This document shows, in pieces, positions 40,508-50,040 of a DNA stretch of 64,000 nucleotides. The DNA is from Syntrophales bacterium. Lineage in GTDB: Bacteria; Desulfobacterota; Syntrophia; Syntrophales; UBA6807. A program made the translations under genes and the position numbers. A model generated the notes under the pieces. That model was not told the DNA's origin and made no database searches. It saw only the letters and a list, made by a program, of their open reading frames with translations. Location of the stretch: contig JAXGPA010000001.1 of assembly GCA_040767195.1 (NCBI GenBank), positions 384,001 to 448,000 on the forward strand. Direction: 5' to 3'. Position 1 is the stretch's first letter, and the number at the start of each line of letters is the position of its first letter.

Positions 40508-41509
40508 CTATAAAAGCAACGCCAGCTTGAACCAGACGTAGTCCCCCTCGAGGCGGTTCGTCACGTCAAATTCGTGAAGCCATTTGAGTTCGGCCACGAA
40601 ATCCTTCTTCCCGATCTTCGTCGCGTAGGAGAGCACCGGCCCGACGCTGGCAGAACGGCCCTCGAAATCCCCCAGGACGGCGCCGGACCCGCTGTCGCCG
40701 CTGACCTGATCATAGTAACACCCGCTCGCGCCGAGGCCGATGAGTCCGCCCAAAAGAGGCAGGTGTTCCGCAAGCGTGACATCGAGATGAAGCTGGTTTC
40801 CCGTCCTGTAATCCGTATCATCGTTTTTTGTGTTGATGCTGAACCCGGCAAAGGCGGTCAGTTCCAGGCCCATTCTGCTGCTGATGTAGCTGAACGAGAC
40901 GGCGGGCTCGAAGGTCCAGTAGTTCTTTCCGACGTTGGCGATGTCGCCCTTGGCGTAGTCGCCGGTGGGGACATAGACACCCAGCCGGATGTCGTATTTG
41001 AGGTCGCCGCCGAGACCGGTCCAGCCGAGCATGAACGGGTAGACGGTGATGTCGCCGAAGCCGCTGGCCGTGTCGCGGACGCGGCGGGTGACGGTGGAAC
41101 CCGTTTTTGGATTGGTGAGTTGAACTTCCCCTTCGATCTCCATCCAGACAAACGGGATGGCCGCGCCTACCACGTAATAACCGCCCAGAAGGTTCAAAGG
41201 GGTTCGGTACAGCGCCAGCACCGTGTCCGCGTAAGCGGTGGCATCGATGCCCGCCACGACGAGTCCCCCGAGTTTACTGACATTCACGCTGGCGTCATAA
41301 AAGGCGAAAAAATTGGCGACGGCCGGTCCGGGCCTGCCGGGAAGGGCATCGACGAAAGAGGCGTTCGCACCGGGCATGTAATGGCCGCTGCCCCCTTCCT
41401 CGGCGGAGGCAGAGAGGGGAACCAGAATGACGACCGCCGCAAGGGTGCAGAGCGTTATGCGTATCGTGCTTTTGGCTTTTTTAATCATTGAGATGCTCGT
41501 TGTTTTCAT
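40508..41509 (-). CDS. Outer-membrane beta-barrel channel, COG4313/SphA (Phenol_MetA_deg) family
   Basis: Signal peptide; EEGGSGHY.PG, GFGD..V.P, PTGDY.....N.GKNYWTFEP, N.DTDYRTG, C-terminal beta strand; AGGAGG RBS before ATG 41509. Confidence 0.82.
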   Translation of the reverse strand: MKTTSISMIKKAKSTIRITLCTLAAVVILVPLSASAEEGGSGHYMPGANASFVDALPGRPGPAVANFFAFYDASVNVSKLGGLVVAGIDATAYADTVLALYRTPLNLLGGYYVVGAAIPFVWMEIEGEVQLTNPKTGSTVTRRVRDTASGFGDITVYPFMLGWTGLGGDLKYDIRLGVYVPTGDYAKGDIANVGKNYWTFEPAVSFSYISSRMGLELTAFAGFSINTKNDDTDYRTGNQLHLDVTLAEHLPLLGGLIGLGASGCYYDQVSGDSGSGAVLGDFEGRSASVGPVLSYATKIGKKDFVAELKWLHEFDVTNRLEGDYVWFKLALLL

Positions 41510-41652
41510 GCCCTGTTCCTCCTGTGTGCGTTCATTCTTGAACGGGTCGCTCCCTGTGAAACCTTGTCCCCCCCGGTGCATCTTCCCCGCTGAAAGGAAA
41601 ACGAGCGGCTCCGGCGGCGCCGGGCAGTCAGATCGTCGAAAGGGCGGTTGAT

Positions 41653-42981
41653 TCATACCCTTTTCCTTTGCTGATTTTTTTCTCCGTCCACCTCTATCAG
41701 CAACGGTCCTTTCACGGCCTCCATGACATACGATGCCGGCAGGCCATGCGCCAGGAGTTGTGTTATGGCCTTTAAATATTTGCGAATGTGCAAGAAAAAC
41801 TTCTTGTAACCGGCGCACAGATAGTGAAGGCCCGGTTCATCCTCACAGGTTTTCGCAAAGCGGTGCTTGGGGCACCCGCCCCAACATGCCTTCAGCACCG
41901 GGCATTCCCTGCAGACCCTCGGTAATGATGTCTCTTTTGACACGCCGAATCCGTTGGAGATGGATCGCTCCATCATGGATACGGGATTTTCCGTCAGGAT
42001 TTTTCCCAACCGGTGTTGCGGATACACGCTGTGGTCGCAGGCGTACACGTCGCCATTGTGCTCCATGACAAGCGAACGGCCGCACTGCCGCGCAAACACG
42101 CAGACAGGGGAAGGGTTGCCGATCCAGGCCTGAAGCGCCCATTCGAAATTCATGACGTTTGTCATGCCCACGTCATGGCGCACCCAGTCGTCAAATACGG
42201 CGATGAGAAAATCACCGTATTCCTCCGGTATGACCGTCCAAGGGGTCACCTGTGTGTGGCCTTCTTCTTTGCTCAACGACGCCGGCCCGGCAAGGCGCAG
42301 GCCCAGCTTCGTACTTGCAGCATCGGGCATGCGCTCCACGATTGGCGCGAACTGGATGAACGCGACCCCTTCATCCTTGAAAAATTGATACACATCCAGA
42401 GGATGCCCCGCCGTATTCCGGGCGACGCATGCCATCACGTTGTGCGCAATTTTGTGCTCTTGCAGAAGCCTGAGCCCCCGCATCACCCGGTCGAATGTCC
42501 CGTTCCCTCTTCGGTCCCGGCGGTAGGCGTCGTGGATCTCCTTCGGGCCGTCGAGGCTGATGCCGACCAGGAAATTGTTTGTCTTGAGGAACTTGCACCA
42601 ATCGTCGTCAAGAAGCGTTCCATTGGTCTGCAGGGAATTTCTGATCGTTTTCTCATGAGCGAACGGCTTTTGCAGCTCGATCACTTTTTCGAAGAACGGG
42701 ACCCCAAGAAGGGTCGGCTCACCGCCCTGCCAGACAAAGTCAACGAGGGGGGTGGGCTGCGATGCGATGTATTTGGTGATATAGGCGGACAATACCCGGT
42801 CAGACATCCGATAATTTTCACCCACGCCGAACAGTGCCTGCTTCTCAAGATAAAAACAGTACTCGCAGTTGAGGTTGCACACGGGACCGATGGGCTTCGC
42901 CATCACGTGGATCCCCTGTGCCGGGCTGTTTTTTCCCGGATCGGTTCCCATGTCCACAGGTTGAAGACGTCTCCTCTTCAT
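41653..42981 (-). CDS. Anaerobic sulfatase-maturating enzyme (radical SAM/SPASM, anSME/AtsB-type)
   Basis: KP.G..CNLNCEYCFY, WQGGEPTL, QTNGTL, GISLDGP, SPASM Cys set (C.FARQC, YACDH, CRECPVLKACWGGCPK, YLC); start uncertain. Confidence 0.95.
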   Translation of the reverse strand: MKRRRLQPVDMGTDPGKNSPAQGIHVMAKPIGPVCNLNCEYCFYLEKQALFGVGENYRMSDRVLSAYITKYIASQPTPLVDFVWQGGEPTLLGVPFFEKVIELQKPFAHEKTIRNSLQTNGTLLDDDWCKFLKTNNFLVGISLDGPKEIHDAYRRDRRGNGTFDRVMRGLRLLQEHKIAHNVMACVARNTAGHPLDVYQFFKDEGVAFIQFAPIVERMPDAASTKLGLRLAGPASLSKEEGHTQVTPWTVIPEEYGDFLIAVFDDWVRHDVGMTNVMNFEWALQAWIGNPSPVCVFARQCGRSLVMEHNGDVYACDHSVYPQHRLGKILTENPVSMMERSISNGFGVSKETSLPRVCRECPVLKACWGGCPKHRFAKTCEDEPGLHYLCAGYKKFFLHIRKYLKAITQLLAHGLPASYVMEAVKGPLLIEVDGEKNQQRKRV

Positions 42982-43138
42982 TTCTAACTGCACGCCGGGA
43001 TATACGGGTCAGGCGCGGCGGGGCGGATCGGAGGCAGCCCGGTACTCCTTTCCATGAATGGACAGGCTGGAAGCCATCTGCCGTCCCCCACCCCCTCGTG
43101 GTGAGGGGGTAGGGATACCATAGGAAGGCAGGGGAAAC

Positions 43139-45565
43139 CTAATCAGCCTTGACCTTCGCCTCCACGGCCTTCAGCTTCTTCTGGTCCGCGGCAGAGAGCT
43201 TGTTGTTTCCGATATATTTGATGACCAGCTTGTCAATGGTGCCCGTGAACCTGAAAGGCACGTCATAGGAGAGGTCCACCGGCGTTCCCGTATCTTCACC
43301 GACGTCGAAGGTTTCATCGATGGAGAAGCGGTAGGGCACGGTCTTCTCGATCCGCCCCTGGGCCACCTGCCTGCCGTCCACGCTGAGCGTTCCGGTGCCC
43401 CCCTTGCCGAGTCCGCCGCCGTCATAGAGGAAATCGAAGACCACGGCGTGCCTGCCCGGCTTCAGGGCCTGACTGGATGCAACCCTGTAGTGGGCCACAT
43501 TCGCCATGTTGTAGTAGAAAACCGGTTTGCCTTTCTCAAACACCAAGGCGTAGCCGCCGGACAGGCCGCCCTGCGTCACCAGCACGCCCTGGCCGCTCTC
43601 TTCGGGAAAAATCACATCGGCCATGATGCGGAATGACTTGTTCATGATGTTGGGCGCTGTACCCTCGGAGATGCGCTTCACGGAGCCAGTGTAGACGAAC
43701 TCGGTACGCCCGGCCGTAAGGCTGGGCCGGATGCCCGGGGCCATCCGCTCTGTGCCGCTGTCGTCCAGGGGCAGCACGTTGTACCTGGCAGCCTCGGCAT
43801 AAAACAGCAACTGGAGGTCGTGCAGTTTTTCAGGATACTGGTCAGCAAGATTCACCGCTTCGCTGAAGTCGTTATCCACGTTGTAGAGCTCCCACTGGTA
43901 GCCGTTGATCACGTCGACCAGCTTGATCTCGGTCTGGTCCTCCCAGGGCCCGCCGTAGGGAGGCGTGGTGCAGGCCAGCCAGCCGTCGTGATAGATGGCG
44001 CGGTGGGCGAAGACTTCAAAGTATTGCGTGTGGTGCGTAGAGGGCGCCTTGGAGTCGTCGAAGGAGTAGGCCAGGCTCACCCCCTCGATGGGTTTCTGCG
44101 CCACCCCGTTCACCATGGAGGGGGCATCGATTCCGGTTGCCTCATAGAGCGTCGGCACGATGTCGATGACATGATGCCACTGGGGCCGGATCCCACCTGC
44201 GTCCTTGATGCGTGAAGGCCAGGAGATCACCATGCCGTTGGCCGTGCCGCCGTAGTGTGAGGCGTTGGTCTTGAGCCACTGGAACGGGGCGCACATGGCG
44301 TGGGCCCAAGCCGCCGGATAGTGGTTATGGGTCTTCCACGTGCCCAGGTTGTCCTTCTGCTTCAGAATCTCCTTCAGGTCTTCCGGGATCATGTTGAGCA
44401 TGGCCATTTCGTTGTAGGAGCCCTGAAGCCTGCCCTCACCGCTGGCGCCGTTGTCGCCGCAAATATAGATGATCAGCGTATTGTCCATTTGTCCCAGCTT
44501 CTCGATGGCATCGAGGACCCGTCCGACATTGTAATCCGTCTGGGAGAGATAGCCGGCATACACCTCCATCATGTAGGCATAGAGCTGCTTCTGCTCGGCA
44601 GTGAGCGAATCCCATGCAGGCAGGCCGCGGCTGCGTTCGGTGAGCTTCGTGTTTTCCGGCACGATGCCCCGCTTCTTCTGCCGTGCGAGGGTCTCATCGC
44701 GCACCTTGTCCCAGCCCTGGTCGAACTTCCCCTTGTATTTCGTGATCCATTCCTTTTTCGGGTGGTGCGGCGAGTGTGTCGCTCCGGGCGCGTAGTAGAG
44801 GAAAAACGGCTTGTCCGGAGCCACGGCCTTCTGGACACGGACCCACTCGATGGCCCTGTCAGCAAGGTCGTAGTCGAAGTTGTAGTCCGGGTTGCCCAGG
44901 TACGGCTCCACGGGATTGGTCCCGTCGAAGACCGCGGGCCGCCACTGGTCGGTCTCGGCCCCGATGAACCCGTAAAATTTCTCGAAGCCCAGGCCGGTGG
45001 GCCAGAGATCGAACGGGCCGGCCGCGCTGTTGTGCCAGTCGGGCACGTTGTGGTTCTTGCCGAACCAGGCGGTGTTCCAGCCCTTCTGCCTTAAGACCTC
45101 CGCCACCGTGGCCGTGTCCTTGCCCATCAGGCTGTCATAGCCGGGGTAGCCGGTGGCGAATTCCATGATGTTCCCGGTGTGCACCGTGTGGTGGTTGCGG
45201 CCCGTGAGCAGGGATGCCCGCGTGGGGGATGAAATGGACGTGGTGTGGAACTGGGTGTAGCGCAGGCCGTTGGCGGCCAGCTTGTCCAGGGTCGGCGTGT
45301 CGCATGGCCCGCCGAAGGTGCTCGACGCACCGAAACCGACGTCATCGAGGAGTATCAGGACGACGTTGGGAGCCTCCTTGGGTGCCTTGACCGGCTGCGG
45401 GAAATCGGATCTCGAATCTTTCACACTCAATCCGATCTGCCCCTTGAAGGGAGGAGGCGGGACAGGCAATACCTCCTGCGCGGGAGCACCCCATGGCAGC
45501 ATTCCCGTTGTAAAAACCGCGCCGGCTGCGGCCCATCGGGTAAATTTGGGTAGGCTTGGATTCAT
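43139..45565 (-). CDS. Exported arylsulfatase (Ser-type) with C-terminal ConA-like domain
   Basis: PNVVLILLDDVGFG, SSPTRASLLTGR (S-x-P-x-R), GKNH, HSPH, GDNG; Sec-type signal peptide; AAGGAGG RBS. Confidence 0.95.
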   Translation of the reverse strand: MNPSLPKFTRWAAAGAVFTTGMLPWGAPAQEVLPVPPPPFKGQIGLSVKDSRSDFPQPVKAPKEAPNVVLILLDDVGFGASSTFGGPCDTPTLDKLAANGLRYTQFHTTSISSPTRASLLTGRNHHTVHTGNIMEFATGYPGYDSLMGKDTATVAEVLRQKGWNTAWFGKNHNVPDWHNSAAGPFDLWPTGLGFEKFYGFIGAETDQWRPAVFDGTNPVEPYLGNPDYNFDYDLADRAIEWVRVQKAVAPDKPFFLYYAPGATHSPHHPKKEWITKYKGKFDQGWDKVRDETLARQKKRGIVPENTKLTERSRGLPAWDSLTAEQKQLYAYMMEVYAGYLSQTDYNVGRVLDAIEKLGQMDNTLIIYICGDNGASGEGRLQGSYNEMAMLNMIPEDLKEILKQKDNLGTWKTHNHYPAAWAHAMCAPFQWLKTNASHYGGTANGMVISWPSRIKDAGGIRPQWHHVIDIVPTLYEATGIDAPSMVNGVAQKPIEGVSLAYSFDDSKAPSTHHTQYFEVFAHRAIYHDGWLACTTPPYGGPWEDQTEIKLVDVINGYQWELYNVDNDFSEAVNLADQYPEKLHDLQLLFYAEAARYNVLPLDDSGTERMAPGIRPSLTAGRTEFVYTGSVKRISEGTAPNIMNKSFRIMADVIFPEESGQGVLVTQGGLSGGYALVFEKGKPVFYYNMANVAHYRVASSQALKPGRHAVVFDFLYDGGGLGKGGTGTLSVDGRQVAQGRIEKTVPYRFSIDETFDVGEDTGTPVDLSYDVPFRFTGTIDKLVIKYIGNNKLSAADQKKLKAVEAKVKAD

Positions 45566-45748
45566 GGTATAGACCTCCTTTATTTGTACCTTAAAAACAC
45601 CACATCAAAAGTCTGCTTTGTTATCGCCTGGTCATATTTTCCCTTCAGCGGGTCCGTCTGTTTCATATTTTGTTTTCGTTTCAAGGACAGGCCCAATCAA
45701 AAAAAAGAGCCGTTGCGACAAGTCCCGGGCCTGCGGGAACAGAGGGCT

Positions 45749-46072
45749 TTATGCCCGCCTTTTTATTTTCTTGAGGATTTCGATCCCTTCCCATGGACCG
45801 TCATGCCCCACCCGGACCCGGACCGTTTCGCTCAAAAGGTCGACGGCTCCGAGGAGGGCACTGCCGCTTCCGGTTTTCATGTACCGCTCGAGGTCTGCCA
45901 ATTCTTCCCAATCGACGGATAGAAAGAAAACCTCGCCATCCTCCATGTCCCGATAGACCCGGCACTCCCGGCATCCCTCCCGGCTTCGGATCGTGGGAAG
46001 GAGCGCCTGGAACGTCTGATACAGTTCCTGAAATTTTCCCGATTTGGCCCTGATCTCGATCGTAAGATTCAC
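45749..46072 (-). CDS. Antibiotic-biosynthesis-monooxygenase (ABM)-like small protein
   Basis: R...GC..C.VY.D.E......L...W......Y pattern of ABM/QuMo dimeric barrels; GTG at 46072. Confidence 0.75.
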   Translation of the reverse strand: MNLTIEIRAKSGKFQELYQTFQALLPTIRSREGCRECRVYRDMEDGEVFFLSVDWEELADLERYMKTGSGSALLGAVDLLSETVRVRVGHDGPWEGIEILKKIKRRA

Positions 46073-46161
46073 AAAGGATCTTCCTTTTACGGCACGTGCC
46101 CTTCCCGGCGGCATCCCCGACGGCGTGATCCTGCCTTGTTTTCCTGTTTGTCTTTCTTCAA

Positions 46162-46177
46162 TCCAAAAAACGTTCCA
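46162..46177 (-). promoter_or_regulatory. Candidate sigma54 -24/-12 promoter (imperfect -12)
   Basis: Minus strand TGGAAC-GTTTT-TTGGA: GG-N10-GG rather than GG-N10-GC; lies between a sigma54 activator gene and its likely target operon. Confidence 0.45.
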
Positions 46178-46274
46178 GGAAAACAGGAATCCCGTTTATT
46201 AAACATAATAGACTGAGATTACTCCTTAATATTCAATTCAAGTTTTTATTTCGTGAGAAATAAAGAAGGAAGGG

Positions 46275-46310
46275 GCCTCAATATATTGAGGATCCACAAT
46301 ATATTGAGGC
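46275..46310. promoter_or_regulatory. Tandem palindromic sites (candidate activator UAS and/or terminator)
   Basis: Perfect 16-bp palindrome CCTCAATATATTGAGG (46276-46291) and a one-mismatch copy (46294-46309); together a 36-bp near-perfect palindrome. Confidence 0.7.
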
Positions 46311-46336
46311 TTTCTCTTTGGCAGGATTGTCCTGTT

Positions 46337-47965
46337 TCAGAACCGTTCGATACCCAGTTTCTTGATTCGGAAACGGAGGGTGCTCGGGTGAAGTCCGAGG
46401 ATGACGGCGGCGCCGCCTTCGCCGTCGATCTTCCAACGGGTTCTTCTCAGAACCTTGAGGATGTGCTCCCGCTCCACGGCCGCGAGTCCTTTCAGAGGAT
46501 CTTCTCCCTCCCGGGCGGTCCGCCGCTCGAGACGATCGGGAAGGCGAAACGTCGGCCCGGGGCTGGTGATGACGGCTCTTTCAATGAGGTGTTCCAGCTC
46601 CCTCACGTTTCCCGGCCAGTCATGCTCCTGGAGGGCTTTCATGGTGCCCTTCGGGATGGTTTCGTATGTTCTGCCCAGCTTCCGGGCGTGCTTTTCGACA
46701 AAGTGGTAGACAAGTTGAGGGACATCCTCGGGCCGCATCCTCAAAGGGGGCATCGAGACGGGGAAAACGTTGAGCCTGTAATAGAGGTCCTCCCGGAACC
46801 GCCTGTGCAGGACCTCCTCTTTCAGGTCCCGGCTTGTCGAGGCGATGACCCGCACGTCCACCGTGATCGTCCGGGGGCTCCCGAGCCTTTCGAACTCCCC
46901 GTCCTGGAGGACCCTCAAAAGCTTTGCCTGGAGTTCCAGGGGCAGTTCCCCGATTTCGTCGAGAAAGATCGTTCCGCCGTCTGCAATCTCGAAACGGCCG
47001 ACCTGCTTCGTGTGGGCCCCCGTGAAGGCTCCTTTCTCCCGCCCGAAGAGTTCGCTCTCGATGAGATTCGCCGGGAGGGCGGCGCAGTTGACCGTGATCA
47101 TCGGCCTGTCCCTGCGGGCGCTCATGTCATGCAGGGCATGGGCCACCATGCTTTTGCCCGTCCCCGTCTCGCCTGAAATGAGAACCGTGGCATCCGTCGG
47201 GGCGACCTGTCCGATTCGGAACAGGACGTATTTCAGCGCATCGCTGTCACCGATGATCTTCTCGAATCCCTTTTCCGTTTTAAGTTCCTGACGGAGAAGC
47301 ACATTCTCTTTCTCAAGCTGGAGCTTCAGCCTCTGGATCTCCTCCAGCCGCTCCCGAAGCTCCAGCTCAGACCTGCTTCGCTCCAGCACGTTGACAAAGA
47401 GTTCCCCGAGGAGGCGAAGTCGCGGGATGTATTCCTCCGGGCCGTTCCGATCCTCCCTGGCTGAACTGATAGCGATGCTGTACTCGGAAGACCTCAGGGC
47501 CGCGATGGGAATACACAACCCGGACCTGATATCCCATCTTTTACAGGTCTCCCTGTCCGGCCCGGCCTCTTCCGGCAGTTCTTCCAGTCTCGCGAATGAA
47601 AAGGCCTCCCCCTGCTGCAGCTTTTTCGATGCCCATGGGAAAAGCGATACCGGTATGGGAGTCCCTGTGGGAAAAGGCGAAATACCTTTCAGGTCAGCGC
47701 TGTGGGTATGCTGGAACAGCGTCTTTCCCGGCATGAGCCGAATCAGGGCGCATCGGTCGATCCGAAAGAACGCCAGGACCCTGTTCAGGGCGTTCCGAAT
47801 TTCCCCATCAACCTCTTCGGGCGCCAGGGCAACGAACCTGGCCGAGAGATCGGCCAGGAATTTTTCAAATTCCAGGCGGTTTTCCGATGCAGGCCGTTGA
47901 CCCGGGTGTTCCTCTTTTTTTTTATTCAACGGGAGCACTCTCCTTGACGAACGGATTACATCCAC
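46337..47965 (-). CDS. sigma54-dependent activator, GAF-AAA+-HTH (FhlA-like)
   Basis: GETGTGK, ESELFG, GAFTGA, FLDEIGE, WPGNVREL, C-terminal HTH; N-terminal GAF-like sensor, no receiver domain. Confidence 0.95.
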   Translation of the reverse strand: MDVIRSSRRVLPLNKKKEEHPGQRPASENRLEFEKFLADLSARFVALAPEEVDGEIRNALNRVLAFFRIDRCALIRLMPGKTLFQHTHSADLKGISPFPTGTPIPVSLFPWASKKLQQGEAFSFARLEELPEEAGPDRETCKRWDIRSGLCIPIAALRSSEYSIAISSAREDRNGPEEYIPRLRLLGELFVNVLERSRSELELRERLEEIQRLKLQLEKENVLLRQELKTEKGFEKIIGDSDALKYVLFRIGQVAPTDATVLISGETGTGKSMVAHALHDMSARRDRPMITVNCAALPANLIESELFGREKGAFTGAHTKQVGRFEIADGGTIFLDEIGELPLELQAKLLRVLQDGEFERLGSPRTITVDVRVIASTSRDLKEEVLHRRFREDLYYRLNVFPVSMPPLRMRPEDVPQLVYHFVEKHARKLGRTYETIPKGTMKALQEHDWPGNVRELEHLIERAVITSPGPTFRLPDRLERRTAREGEDPLKGLAAVEREHILKVLRRTRWKIDGEGGAAVILGLHPSTLRFRIKKLGIERF

Positions 47966-48120
47966 AGATTCTATAAAAAATACTGCTGTAATCTATAACA
48001 AATAATCCGGTTGCGTTCATGAAAATTCTTCACGGGGCGGGAACGGCGCTTTTTCTGTTTATCACGGCAGCGAAACCGGCCCCGTCCGCCGGCTTTCAGA
48101 CGTTTTGTCGCATTATTTCC

Positions 48121-48149
48121 TTGACAGGAAAAAGGCATCGTTTTAGAAA
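48121..48149 (+). promoter_or_regulatory. sigma70-type promoter upstream of the riboswitch/pil operon
   Basis: TTGACA-17 nt-TAGAAA. Confidence 0.6.
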
Positions 48150-48220
48150 AGAAACGTTTTTGTCCGGCCGGGGTTATTCATGGAAGACGTCCTCGAGCCG
48201 GGCGGGTCACCGCTCTTTGA

Positions 48221-48303
48221 GAACCGATAAAGGCAAACTATCCGTAAGGGTAGGACGCAAAGCCATGGGTCCGTGAACGCGGATCGCCAGGCTGCCGAAG
48301 TTC
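48221..48303 (+). ncRNA. GEMM-I / c-di-GMP-I class riboswitch aptamer
   Basis: GGCAAAC-TATCC-GTAA-GGGTA-GGACGCAAAGCC...GG...GGCTGCCGAA signature, with GNRA-capped P2, P3 and a GAAC/GTTC closing stem. Confidence 0.9.
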
Positions 48304-48417
48304 TTTCGCCGATGACCGGAGAGCCTCGTTCCTTCCCCGGAAAATCAGGGGATCCCCTCTTTTCTTTCTTGCGAAAGTGCTGTATTTTCCTTCGTGAAAA
48401 TACACCCGTCGGAAAGG

Positions 48418-49191
48418 ATGTGTGCCGTGACCTTCCTCTTTCCCGTTCTCGCCTTCGTCTTCGGCGCCGTCGTGGGAAGCTTTCTCAATGTGTGCATCCA
48501 CCGTCTCCCCCTGGGACAGTCCATCGTCCGCCCCCGCTCCCACTGCCCGGCCTGCCTAAAGAACATCGCCCCGTATGACAACATCCCCCTTGTCAGCTAT
48601 CTTCTCCTCCGGGGCCGATGCCGCCACTGCAAAACGGCCATCTCACCGGTCTATCCCGCCGTGGAACTGCTCACGGCGGTGCTCTCCCTCGTCCTCTTCC
48701 GGAAGTACGGCTTCTCCCTCCCCTGGCTGGCCTCCTTCACCTTTTCCGCCGCTCTCGTCGTGGTCACCTTCGTCGACCTGGAGCACCAGATCATCCCCGA
48801 CGTCATCTCCCTTCCCGGAATCCCCCTTTTCGCAGCGGCGGGCATGGGCATCATGGGTCTTTCCGTCTGGGATTCCCTGCTGGGCATCCTCCTGGGCGGC
48901 GGCGTTCTCTGGGCGGTCGCCGCCGGCTATGAATTTCTGAAGAAACAGGAGGGCATGGGCGGGGGAGACATCAAGCTCCTGGCCATGATCGGCGGTTTTC
49001 TCGGCTGGCAATCCCTCCTCTTCGTCATTCTCGCCAGTTCCCTCCTGGGGGCCGTGGTGGGGATTTCGGTCATCCTGTACAAGAAGGGGGATTTGAAATA
49101 CGCCATCCCTTTCGGTCCCTTTCTCTCCGCCGCCGCCGTTTTGTACCTCTTTTACGGGGAAGCCTTTATGCGGATCTTCATCTATCGCTGA
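48418..49191 (+). CDS. pilD: Type IV prepilin peptidase/N-methyltransferase
   Basis: GSFLNVCIHRLP, two CxxC, DNIPL.SY..LRG.C, VDLEH.IIPD, GMGGGDIKL, IPFGPFL; start uncertain (48394-48427). Confidence 0.96.
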   Translation: MCAVTFLFPVLAFVFGAVVGSFLNVCIHRLPLGQSIVRPRSHCPACLKNIAPYDNIPLVSYLLLRGRCRHCKTAISPVYPAVELLTAVLSLVLFRKYGFSLPWLASFTFSAALVVVTFVDLEHQIIPDVISLPGIPLFAAAGMGIMGLSVWDSLLGILLGGGVLWAVAAGYEFLKKQEGMGGGDIKLLAMIGGFLGWQSLLFVILASSLLGAVVGISVILYKKGDLKYAIPFGPFLSAAAVLYLFYGEAFMRIFIYR

Positions 49192-49201
49192 AAGGGCTCC
49201 C

Positions 49202-49663
49202 GTGACGGGAAAAACGGAAAAGGGGTTTACCCTGGCGGAGACCATGATCGTGGTCCTCCTCGTGGCCGTCCTCGCCGCCATCGCCGCCCCCGCCTACCAG
49301 GGCTACATGGCCAAAAGCCGCCTCAACGGGGCGGCCAGGATGGTTTATTCGGACCTCATGGCGGCGAGGATGAAAGCGGTCAAGACGAACCAGAGGGTCC
49401 GGGTGTTTTTTTACACCGATCGGTACGGCATCTGGAATGACGCGGACGGAAACGGCCGGGTCGACGACAACGAGGGGGACGACCTCTTGAGGAGCCTCGT
49501 TCCCCACTATCCCGGCATTACCATTTCCAACAAAACCGGCGACCCCCTCTTTCTCCCCAAGGGAACGGTAACGGACCTTTCGACCATCACGGTGACGAAT
49601 GCCGCCGGTCACCGGGACATTGTCGTTTCCATGGCTGGAAGGGTGAAAATCGACTCGAATTGA
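49202..49663 (+). CDS. FimT/GspH-like minor pilin
   Basis: KG|FTLAE prepilin site, DL..AR..AV, C-terminal GRVK. Confidence 0.88.
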   Translation: MTGKTEKGFTLAETMIVVLLVAVLAAIAAPAYQGYMAKSRLNGAARMVYSDLMAARMKAVKTNQRVRVFFYTDRYGIWNDADGNGRVDDNEGDDLLRSLVPHYPGITISNKTGDPLFLPKGTVTDLSTITVTNAAGHRDIVVSMAGRVKIDSN

Positions 49664-49691
49664 AATTCAGAAAAAAACCGCCGAGAAAAAA

Positions 49692-50039
49692 ATGAAAAAC
49701 CGGGGGTTCTCCCTCATCGAGGTTCTCATCGCCCTGTTTCTCCTGGCCGTCACGCTGGCGGGAGCGGCGGGCCTGACGGCCGCCATCATCCGGACGAACG
49801 CCCTCAACCGGCAGTCGACGGAGGCGCTTATTCTGGCCGGCGACAAGATGGAGGAACTGACGTCCCGGCTGTACCCCGCCGTGATATCCGGTTCCGATGC
49901 CCCCTCCCTGTACGGAAGGACATGGATCGTCGACGACGGCGTTCCGCAAGAGGGGATGAAAACGGTCACCGTCACCGTGACCTGGTCCGGCTTCGGGTCG
50001 CCCCGCCAGGTCAGCCTGGCGACTGTCCGGTCCCGGTAA
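49692..50039 (+). CDS. PilV-like minor pilin
   Basis: RG|FSLIEVLIAL, A.DKMEEL, VTVTVTW. Confidence 0.85.
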   Translation: MKNRGFSLIEVLIALFLLAVTLAGAAGLTAAIIRTNALNRQSTEALILAGDKMEELTSRLYPAVISGSDAPSLYGRTWIVDDGVPQEGMKTVTVTVTWSGFGSPRQVSLATVRSR

Positions 50040-50040
50040 G

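Noticed and set aside
43058..43135. Hairpins between the sulfatase and anSME genes as a novel ncRNA
   Set aside because: A simple GC stem (CCCCCTC/GAGGGGG) fits an mRNA-stabilising or attenuating hairpin; nothing further supports an ncRNA.
38804..48120. Sulfatase module as an integrative mobile element
   Set aside because: No integrase, transposase, tRNA target or flanking direct repeats seen; it can only be called accessory.
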